Assembly: GCA_049513715.1 (NCBI GenBank)
Contig: JBEKVV010000001.1
Location: 608,001 to 672,000, forward strand
Origin: Candidatus Bathyarchaeia archaeon
Lineage (GTDB): Archaea > Thermoproteota > Bathyarchaeia > 40CM-2-53-6
Direction of reading: 5' to 3'
DNA: 64,000 bases
In this document: piece by piece, positions 18,614 through 26,804 of the stretch
Layout: the number at the start of each line of letters is the position of its first letter
Numbering within the stretch: position 1 is the first letter of the stretch
Position numbers and translations under genes: made by a program
The notes under the pieces: generated by a model
Seen by the model: only the letters and a program-made list of their open reading frames with translations
What the model was told of the DNA's origin: nothing
Databases searched by the model: none

Positions 18614-19402
18614 ATGATGAGTATATGCGAGAAGAATCGAAGGGAGGGGTCCAACATGTCCGCATTACCTTACAATGCTTGGGTTGACGAAGACAAGTAC
18701 ATGCTAGAAATGGCGAGGATGCACAAGCTACAGCCGAAGCTCGATGTCATAGACGTACTGCGAGAGGAGTTTGATGGATTGAAGGCTGACACGAATTACA
18801 AGCCTGGATTCATAATGGAGAGAAGGTCGTGGCTGGTTGCCTCGCTCTCGGCGCAAATACTCGCTCTCTCATTGGAATTGACGGATGATCTTGCAGCGGT
18901 GTGCTTGGCGTACCTAGAGACCTTGGACAGGCGGGACACCGCATTCATCGAACATCTTTCAACTTTCACGTCAAAGGATGGGCATCGGTTCTACGAGACG
19001 GTTTCGAAGGACGTCAACGAGGCGGCGAAAGCAGTTGGTTTTGACCCAGAATCCGCACCTTCTCATGAAATTGAAATCGTGAGGCAGAAGTTTGTTGAAA
19101 TTAGGGACATGAGAGACCTGTTCTGGGGCTGGTACATCGGTTACAAGCATGGGCAATTTGCGACGCCAATAGTTCTGACATTTAGCGCTCCGGGGACCGA
19201 GCCGAAACAAGAATGGGGGCTCTACCTTATTCCGCGACCGTTCAGGAGGGACGCGATAACCGGGAAGTTGCACACGGAAGACCGATTCATCAACACTGTC
19301 GACAATGTGGGAGCATTTCATAAAACGGCGGTCGAATGCGTCAGTCTGTCAATACAGACTAGAGACCGACAGTATCCGAAAATATACGGAACGTGGACTT
19401 AG
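18614..19402 (+). CDS. hypothetical protein, possible divergent HEPN
   Basis: Helical protein with RDLFWGWYIGYKHG. Confidence 0.55.
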   Translation: MMSICEKNRREGSNMSALPYNAWVDEDKYMLEMARMHKLQPKLDVIDVLREEFDGLKADTNYKPGFIMERRSWLVASLSAQILALSLELTDDLAAVCLAYLETLDRRDTAFIEHLSTFTSKDGHRFYETVSKDVNEAAKAVGFDPESAPSHEIEIVRQKFVEIRDMRDLFWGWYIGYKHGQFATPIVLTFSAPGTEPKQEWGLYLIPRPFRRDAITGKLHTEDRFINTVDNVGAFHKTAVECVSLSIQTRDRQYPKIYGTWT

Positions 19403-19448
19403 AAGGATGAAATGAAAAGCGGCTTGAAGCCTATTGTGGGAGAGAACA

Positions 19449-19715
19449 GGTGGACACCGATCTTGGCAAGGAATTGGCAAAGAACCTCGAACTGACACGG
19501 CGGTTATGTGTGGAATGAATGCGAAACTGAAGTTCGACATTCAACGAATGGACGGAATTATTAAAAACATAACTTTCCTGTACGGTTCAGAGGCAATCAT
19601 TTTGCAGAATAGCAAATTCGACCCCAAGTTTGACTATGACTTTCGCGAAGCCCTCGGCGAGCTAAATCGGCAGTTCATGGTCCTGAGAAAAGACATACAG
19701 ACCATGACCAATTAG
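19449..19715 (+). pseudogene. small frameshifted hypothetical gene
   Basis: GTG-started MDTDLGKELAKNLELTRRLCVE frame shifts into the NAKLKFDIQRMD... frame near 19515. Confidence 0.35.
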
Positions 19716-20371
19716 GAGTGAGCGTTACACGCCCACGAAAGTCGGTTACCGCAGGGCGATCTACACTGGCGAATATCCGCGAATTGACGCAATACTGTCA
19801 GAAAGTTTGGATGATATTCGTGCCGAAACTTGTAAGAGGGCGGTTCGACTGCCGATGACAAATCGTTTTTCGAAACCGCATCGGATTTAGCCTTAACGTT
19901 GATTGTCCGCGATCGCGACAAAACGTTGAAAAGAATCAGAAGTCGACCCAAGAGTTCTGAAAGCCCATGTCATCCACGGGTTAAGAGAGCGTGGAATACG
20001 GGAGTAATAGCCATCGGTCCACAGCCTTTGGCGGACCTTGTCGTAGAACCCCAAGGGGGGATTGTTGGAGAAACGAGTCTTGGTCTAAGACTTCTGCCTT
20101 TGCTTAGACCAATCGTGATATGCTCCTAGCTGTCTCTCAATTAAGAAGTTGCCCGATCATGGAAAATGTTATGACAGTATTCGTTCTTTGAGTCTTGATG
20201 AAGCGTATTCTTGAAACCATTCTTTGAGCTTTCTGAACTACAGAGCGAGGTAGAACGACTCAAGGCCAAACAATTGTACAAAGAAAAGGGAATCTGGCAA
20301 TACGAAAGACACATGAGCAAAGTAAGGACCAAGAATCCCTGAAGTTTGAAATAACGAAGGCGGGACGATTT

Positions 20372-22843
20372 ATGAACCGGCGACACGAATCAAGTTTCCG
20401 AATACGTTCTCGCATACAGGCCTGGCGCCGGATGATGCATGGCCGGTTGCAACTCGAATATGGATTAAGACTTTCGAGATCATACCGGAGAATACTGCGG
20501 AATCTGCAGGCGATTCATTTCTGGGTGTTGAAGAGAATCTGGGCAGGTCGTGAATGGAAGCGCTTCCAGCTAGAATCGATGGAAATCATTGGCAGCTTGT
20601 TGCGTGCTGTTATCGGGCAAATGCTTTTTGCAATATTACTCGTAACGGCAATGGAATTACTCGGTCCCTTCGCAGTCGCATATACGGTTCAAATCCATGT
20701 AGACTCCACGCAATACTTCGGCATACTGAGCGGACTCATCCAACTATCCGGAGTATTCATAGGGCTTTATTTCACGGCTGTTAGCGTCGTTGCAACCACA
20801 GCTTACAGAGACGCATCCGCTGGCGTGCGTTCCCTCTTGATACGTGAAAAGATAAGCAGTCGTTACTTCCGAATCGTTGCATTACTAGGCGGAACGTCAC
20901 TGATGATTCTAGTGATGCAAACTCTCGGATACCCGCCTAGTATCCTGAATCTCGCGATGGTTAGTGTTCTTGGGGCTCTGGCGATCTTCAGCTTCGTCGT
21001 CATGGGACTAAAAATGATCGACTTCTTGGACCCTTCTCAGCTCACCAGATATCTTGCTAATGAGACGATTGAATCGATCAAGTCGGTGAGTCCCTCAGGA
21101 TTCATGTGGAAAAACAATGTAATTCAGAGTCTTCACCAACGCGTGGCTGAGAGGGCACTTTCAACCTACCAAAACATCATCAAACTCGCCACATCGAGAG
21201 AGAGTCAAGTTTCAGGGATAGATCTCGCTGCTCCCGCCCTTGCAGTTCTGCGCGTATACGCTGATGCTAAACCCCGAATTCCCACTGAGAGCTACTGGTT
21301 CAAACGGTCCTACGGACATCAGGATTGGTTGACCGCAGATTTCACGCGACTAGATCTGGCGTTAAGAACTAGCACCTCCCTTCTGCCAGATCTCATTCCG
21401 AACCTATCTTGGTTTGAGAAATACCTAGGTGAGATTTTTGTGATGATTTTGAGAGCCGTCATAAACAAACAACATAGTCAGGAAATCATCGAGCTCAGTG
21501 AGTGGATCAATCAATCTCTTACAATAATGGCAGAGGACTTCGAGCTCACTGAAGCGGTGTATTTGCTGCACATTTTGAGTCCCGTGGTCCGTGGAGCCAT
21601 ATATGCAAACTCCAAAGACTACTCTCATCCTGGATTGTTGGATGCTTGGATGAGGTGGCCGATTAGCATTTTGCTCGGCTTTTCCAGAAATTTCTTGACC
21701 ATTACTTCAGAATCCATTCATCAGCAAATGAACAATATCGCTTGGGATAAACTAGAAACCCTGTATGCGACGAAAATGCCGCGCGACGCTGTCAAGAAGC
21801 TAGAGTATTTGCTAAAGACCATACAATTCGAGCAAGCAGTCGAAGGTCAAATCATTACACCTTTGTGGTACTGGGAAGAAATCATCGGTTCTTCACTTCT
21901 ACTGAGTATTTCAGAAAGTATAGAGGCACTCATTGAGATTTTCAAGATGTTTCCGACCGAAGCAGCAAGTCTCATAGAGGATAAACAATACGAACTCGCA
22001 GCCGCGGCAATACAAAGGGGATTGGAGGCATGTGAGAAGTTTGAATACCATCTTGGAAACGGAAGCCAACTTGCTGAAAGTTTGGCGGACCTTCATCGGA
22101 CTGCGGACATTCCTTGGCCAAAGCCTGACTGGAGTAAGTTCAAAGGCGAAATTGATGCCTGCCGTGGTAATCTGGCATCTTCTCTCGCTCGGGTAGTCAA
22201 CAATATCGGTCTTCTACCTCAATTGGAAGGGCAACCCGATTACTTCGGGCAAGCTTACACATTTCTCGCTGAGCAATCTTACACCGCAATGTTGACAGGT
22301 AATCATAAATTGTTTGAGCAGATTTTCCCCTCTTTCTTCCAGTCCTGTTTTATTGCCAGACAAAGAGTTATGAAACGAACAAAACCTATGGCCGGTTCGA
22401 TGGATGCAGCGCTTGTGCTGAGCACCGAACCCATCCTAGATTTACTGGAACTATCAGGATATGCAATACTGTTTTCTGAATTGGGAGACAAGGAACTCTG
22501 GCATATTACGAACAAACTATGGGATAGCTTCTTGTCTAGAGCGGCTGATTCGAAGATAAGATTGATTTCCGCTATAGCAGAGTATCGAGATGGGGTCTTT
22601 GGAGTTACACCGCGTGACTTTGTACGAACGAAATGGCAACAAACATTTGAACAAAAGCTTCGCGAATCTGGTTTGCTTAGCGAATACGGCGAACCCCTTA
22701 AGAAAGTTCACAAAAGTGCCATAATCAAAATAATAACTCGTACAGGCCACCTATTCGACCGTCCTCGTGACATATTTCAAGCTCTATATTTGTCTAGAAA
22801 GTCGAAGGCGCGGGGAATCAAATGGCGTCGAAGTGTTCAATAA
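20372..22843 (+). CDS. large membrane protein (DUF2254-like N-terminal TM bundle plus long helical domain)
   Basis: GVFIGLYFTAVSVV..., about 5 TMs, then ~600 aa helical region. Confidence 0.7.
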   Translation: MNRRHESSFRIRSRIQAWRRMMHGRLQLEYGLRLSRSYRRILRNLQAIHFWVLKRIWAGREWKRFQLESMEIIGSLLRAVIGQMLFAILLVTAMELLGPFAVAYTVQIHVDSTQYFGILSGLIQLSGVFIGLYFTAVSVVATTAYRDASAGVRSLLIREKISSRYFRIVALLGGTSLMILVMQTLGYPPSILNLAMVSVLGALAIFSFVVMGLKMIDFLDPSQLTRYLANETIESIKSVSPSGFMWKNNVIQSLHQRVAERALSTYQNIIKLATSRESQVSGIDLAAPALAVLRVYADAKPRIPTESYWFKRSYGHQDWLTADFTRLDLALRTSTSLLPDLIPNLSWFEKYLGEIFVMILRAVINKQHSQEIIELSEWINQSLTIMAEDFELTEAVYLLHILSPVVRGAIYANSKDYSHPGLLDAWMRWPISILLGFSRNFLTITSESIHQQMNNIAWDKLETLYATKMPRDAVKKLEYLLKTIQFEQAVEGQIITPLWYWEEIIGSSLLLSISESIEALIEIFKMFPTEAASLIEDKQYELAAAAIQRGLEACEKFEYHLGNGSQLAESLADLHRTADIPWPKPDWSKFKGEIDACRGNLASSLARVVNNIGLLPQLEGQPDYFGQAYTFLAEQSYTAMLTGNHKLFEQIFPSFFQSCFIARQRVMKRTKPMAGSMDAALVLSTEPILDLLELSGYAILFSELGDKELWHITNKLWDSFLSRAADSKIRLISAIAEYRDGVFGVTPRDFVRTKWQQTFEQKLRESGLLSEYGEPLKKVHKSAIIKIITRTGHLFDRPRDIFQALYLSRKSKARGIKWRRSVQ

Positions 22844-22899
22844 TTTACAGAATCCTTGAAGCGTGAAGAATCAGGAAATCGAAGCAGGAGGGTGTCAAG

Positions 22900-23874
22900 T
22901 TGAGCCGAAATACAGAACGAAATCTTCGCTTGTCACAGAGCTCGGTCTTCTACTACACACAAGGGCTAGACGATCCGGTCTTGAAACGGACCCCTGACTA
23001 TTCCACAGATCTCTATCCTAGCATGTTGATTACAGATGTTCAAAACGAGATCATGCCGTATACTCTTCACAAGGAGAGTAGCCTTAGCGTCTACGTTTCG
23101 CCTTCTGATCCAAGAACCGAAGAACTCGTAACAATAGCTCTCAAAAGACGTAATCATGCCTCGGACCTTCAATCAGCAGTCTCTGATTTCTTGAGAGAGT
23201 GTGTTCAAGTCATTATGACTTACGGGTTAGCCGCATACGAGGTAGCGTATCTGGTTGAAAAGAAAACAGAAACTGAGGTTGGGTTTCGATTGAGCCTAGT
23301 ACCGCCAAAGGCATTGATTCATGATGGCAAGTTGCGGCAATATGTCCCACCTGATATCGCGGAGAAGTTGAACGTATCTCAATATATCGACCTGCCAAGA
23401 GAAAACGTGTTTTTATTTGAACATCCAAGCTTCACGGCGTCAAAGATTACTCAAATGATGAACTCTTTGTCTCTTTTGAGCAAAGCTGTCCCCAGCTTGT
23501 TACTGGGAGGATTTTCTGGTACGTCGGGTAAGCCATTTGATGTAGGAGTGCCATCGCCATCTTTAGAGAAATCCGTTTTGGCGCAGGTTACAAGACTCAT
23601 TGGATGGAACGCCAGAGGCTTGTTTAATGAAGAGATTTCCGAATTCTATCAGTTTCACCGACTGCTGCTTTTCCACAAATTCGTCACTGAATTGCGAAAC
23701 GCACTACTGTCGAAAATGAACGATAGTTTCCGCGTTGCCGGAGGCAGGCTCGGATTTTCAGTCGAGCTGAGGATTGAGGGGTTACCTACAATACAAGATT
23801 TGGAAGAGGCGATATCTAGACTAACTGCTGGAGGTTACCCCTTCGGCGAATTTGTAACCAAATTCGGTGCTTGA
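22900..23874 (+). CDS. hypothetical protein with phage-portal-like segment
   Basis: FLRECVQVIMTYGLAAYEV...LSLVPP...Q Y..LPRENVFLF; TTG start after GGAGG. Confidence 0.6.
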   Translation: MSRNTERNLRLSQSSVFYYTQGLDDPVLKRTPDYSTDLYPSMLITDVQNEIMPYTLHKESSLSVYVSPSDPRTEELVTIALKRRNHASDLQSAVSDFLRECVQVIMTYGLAAYEVAYLVEKKTETEVGFRLSLVPPKALIHDGKLRQYVPPDIAEKLNVSQYIDLPRENVFLFEHPSFTASKITQMMNSLSLLSKAVPSLLLGGFSGTSGKPFDVGVPSPSLEKSVLAQVTRLIGWNARGLFNEEISEFYQFHRLLLFHKFVTELRNALLSKMNDSFRVAGGRLGFSVELRIEGLPTIQDLEEAISRLTAGGYPFGEFVTKFGA

Positions 23875-23921
23875 TGAATTGGTCAAATTCCACAAATCTC
23901 GACTCCCACGAGTTTAGCTAA

Positions 23922-24287
23922 AATCAGGCCAGAGGTATCTTTGAGAAAATTGGAGATCCATCAGCAGTAGCGAGAACACTTGAACAACTCTCCATCATTG
24001 AACACCGCAGAGGAAGGTACGATGATGCCAGACGGCTATCCAATCAGGCTAGAGAAATCTTCGAGAGACTCCAAGACTCGTCGGGAATAGCAGCAGCACT
24101 ATACCAGTTGGCGATGATAGAACACCGCAGAGGGAACTATGATGAAGCGAGTAATCTGTACAACAAAACTCTGCAGATAAGGCAGAGACTTGGTGACCAG
24201 TCGGGAATAGCCAACACTATCGGCCAACGTGCATTTCTAGTCTGGTCCGTGATAACGCTCATTTGTCACGGTTGGCCATGCGAGTGA
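23922..24287 (+). pseudogene. start-less TPR-repeat fragment (40-aa repeats)
   Basis: GDPSAVARTLEQLSIIEHRRGRYDDA / QDSSGIAAALYQLAMIEHRRGNYDEA / GDQSGIANTIGQ; GAACACCGCAGAGG repeated with a 120-bp period. Confidence 0.8.
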
Positions 24288-24516
24288 ATCTCTCTTTGGT
24301 CTTTGGGGGTGACGCGGAAGCGACCTCCGCATCGAACATTACATGGACTACCTGACCGGTTACAACAACCTCATCGTCTTTGTGAGTGATTGTGTCCAAT
24401 TCAATTTCACATGTTGGACCGTAGGATTTGCGCATGTCTGAGAGAAGCTTCCTTCGATTAGGTTCTGAGTTCTGAGATCGCAATCGGAGATCATATGGAC
24501 CGTGGCTCTCCAACAA
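24259..24516 (-). CDS. hypothetical small protein
   Basis: Overlaps the upstream gene in operon fashion. Confidence 0.45.
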   Translation of the reverse strand: MLESHGPYDLRLRSQNSEPNRRKLLSDMRKSYGPTCEIELDTITHKDDEVVVTGQVVHVMFDAEVASASPPKTKERFTRMANRDK

Positions 24517-25027
24517 ACATTCTCTGCCTGGCTCGCTGCCTCAGAACATGCTTGTCTTTGGGCTGTGGTTTCGGTGGAACTTCAACTACCCTGTGATATC
24601 CTGCTTTCTGAAGTTTCATCAGTTCGCTCACCTTGATGAACCCTATCTCGGTGGCTTTCGCTTTGATAGCCCTGATTTCTCCCATATTGAAGTCAGGTAA
24701 TTGAATGCGGAATACGATTTCGTTTGGGAGCGATTCAATCTTCATTGAGATTATGTCGTAGTCCTCAGCGATGCTTTGGAGTCTGCGGAAGATTCGTGTC
24801 TTATCGGTTGGTTCGACAATTTCTTTCTTCTCGACTTCAGTTTGGTCGCAGGTTTCGCAGTACCATTGTAATTCCTTGATGTAGACGGGTGGAACCTTAG
24901 GCTCTGGTGCTGCTGTGTACCTGCATGACACCGCTGTTTGGGCTGTAATGGTTTTGCATTGGTTGCAGTGTCGTTTGGCGCGGAGGCTGTAGTGTTTACC
25001 GCCGTGCGTGAAGGGCATAGAAATCAT
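24491..25027 (-). CDS. Zn-ribbon protein
   Basis: HCNQC...YCETC. Confidence 0.6.
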   Translation of the reverse strand: MISMPFTHGGKHYSLRAKRHCNQCKTITAQTAVSCRYTAAPEPKVPPVYIKELQWYCETCDQTEVEKKEIVEPTDKTRIFRRLQSIAEDYDIISMKIESLPNEIVFRIQLPDFNMGEIRAIKAKATEIGFIKVSELMKLQKAGYHRVVEVPPKPQPKDKHVLRQRARQRMFVGEPRSI

Positions 25028-25410
25028 TCATCTTAGGCTTGATTTCTGTTAGGTCGGGCGGCTTCGCCAATAACTCACCCTCTTCGAGGACGTATTCTTG
25101 ATGGCACCAGTCGCAGCTCAACCCAAAAATGCCCAACTCCACTTGTAATTGGGCCTCCGCAGGTCGGACATCGGCGACTAACCGAATTCCCGAGTTCAGC
25201 TTTGCCGATTGCGGTCGTTTCACCTCTAGGATCTTTTGAAGATGGTTTTTCGGTGAATTGGTTGTCTTTGAATTGGTAAGTGCAGTTGCAAGCTCTGCAC
25301 CCAAAGTTAAACTCGTGAATCTCTGTTTTCTCCCAGCGTGTGCTGTGGCTTATCCAAGTTAACGGTTTCTGGCAGTTGGGGCATTGCGTGGATTTGTCTT
25401 CGACCTGCAA
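24996..25410 (-). pseudogene. double Zn-ribbon protein split by a frameshift
   Basis: CPNC..CRAC, then CPTC in one frame and its partner CDWC in the other; shift near 25135. Confidence 0.6.
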
Positions 25411-25413
25411 GTG

Positions 25414-25569
25414 TCATTTCGCCCCGACAAGCCTCACAAATGCATCAAGTTTCAGAGGAACGATTTGACCGTCAATTTGCCGTTCAAACCAGCATTGGCA
25501 ACTGTCACAGCGATAAAGCGGGAATCCGTTTTGACCCAGCAAACTCAAACCGCAATACGGGCAATCCAT
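25414..25569 (-). CDS. CPxCG Zn-ribbon micro-protein
   Basis: MDCPYCG...YRCDSC. Confidence 0.65.
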   Translation of the reverse strand: MDCPYCGLSLLGQNGFPLYRCDSCQCWFERQIDGQIVPLKLDAFVRLVGAK

Positions 25570-25701
25570 CTTTAACCCTGATTCTTGCCGTGGCCGATTC
25601 AATCGAATAAGGCACAGGGTGACATCAGACCTCAGGCTCAGACATCAAGCAAAGTGAATCTCGGCAATCGCCCTAGATCTGAGTCAGGTTATTGTTCGTG
25701 A

Positions 25702-26340
25702 CTAGGATTGATACGCATACCCATCAATTTCGAAACCTGATTTGCTAAGGGCCCTGACGAAAGCACCTTTGGAAGGAGTTGACACATGCCTTCTGGCTTC
25801 TGTCCATCGTGAAAGCCAGAAATATAGCTCCGCCAGTTTTTCGTCCCGCGTTTTCCGTCCCGCGTCTTCCATTGGCTGGGCGAAATCAGGGTCCGACATC
25901 ATACCAACAATGGTTGCATCTAGATCGGTTATGATATCTGCGAAACGTAGCTTTCTCAGCAACTCAAACGGGTGTTCGCCGATTAGGATCGTCAAATAGT
26001 CTCGGACAAAGTCTCGGAACGAAGCTTTGTCAAGAACGTCCGCAGCAAGCGTGTGTCCGCCCCCCTGTTCAAGTAGTTCAATCTGAGGCAAGCGCAAAGC
26101 GCGCCGGATTGTGATGCTAATGAGCTGGTTCCAGTTTATCTCATAGTTTCTTTGCTTCCCAACCCGCTTACCTAGTCTTACGATTCTGGCTCGAATGAGC
26201 CGCTGAAGTTGGTCTATGACGCTTGGAGGCTTGAGATCTAGTTCGCTAGCGATTGTCATCGGACTGGTTTTTCCCCGGACAAGTAGAAACAGCACTTGGG
26301 AAGTGCCCGTGTTGTTCAAGGGGTCAAAAGTCGGAGGCAT
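25702..26340 (-). CDS. ArsR-like winged-helix transcriptional regulator
   Basis: SPMTIASELDLKPPSVIDQLQRLIRARIV...GKQRNYEI. Confidence 0.8.
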   Translation of the reverse strand: MPPTFDPLNNTGTSQVLFLLVRGKTSPMTIASELDLKPPSVIDQLQRLIRARIVRLGKRVGKQRNYEINWNQLISITIRRALRLPQIELLEQGGGHTLAADVLDKASFRDFVRDYLTILIGEHPFELLRKLRFADIITDLDATIVGMMSDPDFAQPMEDAGRKTRDEKLAELYFWLSRWTEARRHVSTPSKGAFVRALSKSGFEIDGYAYQS

Positions 26341-26382
26341 TGCTGATTGCCGGCATTGTCGTGAATCATTCTCGTAAATAAA

Positions 26383-26431
26383 GATTAGGTATAAGCCTTA
26401 CTGATAGCCTTAGTAAGGCATATGACTAATC
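26383..26431. promoter_or_regulatory. 20-bp-arm inverted repeat between divergent genes (candidate operator)
   Basis: GATTAGGTATAAGCCTTACT-9nt-AGTAAGGCATATGACTAATC, 17/20 complementary. Confidence 0.65.
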
Positions 26432-26452
26432 GATATCAGGAAGTGAGCCGCT

Positions 26453-26800
26453 TTGAGAATTCCCGTAAAAAAGGCAATTCTCTCTCGCATGAACATACTT
26501 GAAGTCGAGGCCGGGACGAACGGTTATCATGGCGGAGATTCTGGTGGGGGTAGCCGAACCTACTTAGCTTTGAGAGACCGCGGTGCGACGACATGGCGGC
26601 TCAGGGTGAGAGACCGGTGTGGAAAGGACTGGATTTTCGAGCAGCCGGTCTCAGTTGAGATTACCGTGGGTGGCGACAGCGAACTTGACACTTTTCTCGA
26701 CGCCTTGAAGTTCTCCGCTCAAGCCCTAACAGATTTACTACGCCTTGAACACGCCGACAAGCCCACGCATGACGTATTCCACGACGTCGAGGTGGAGTAG
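26453..26800 (+). CDS. hypothetical MGE protein
   Basis: AGTNGYHGGDSGGGSRTY...GGDSELDTFLDALKF; abuts the prim-pol gene. Confidence 0.65.
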   Translation: MRIPVKKAILSRMNILEVEAGTNGYHGGDSGGGSRTYLALRDRGATTWRLRVRDRCGKDWIFEQPVSVEITVGGDSELDTFLDALKFSAQALTDLLRLEHADKPTHDVFHDVEVE

Positions 26801-26804
26801 TGGA

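Noticed and set aside
16429..22903. Stop-codon reassignment explaining in-frame TAA codons
   Set aside because: Core genes terminate normally with TAA, and the broken HEPN gene also has frameshifts.
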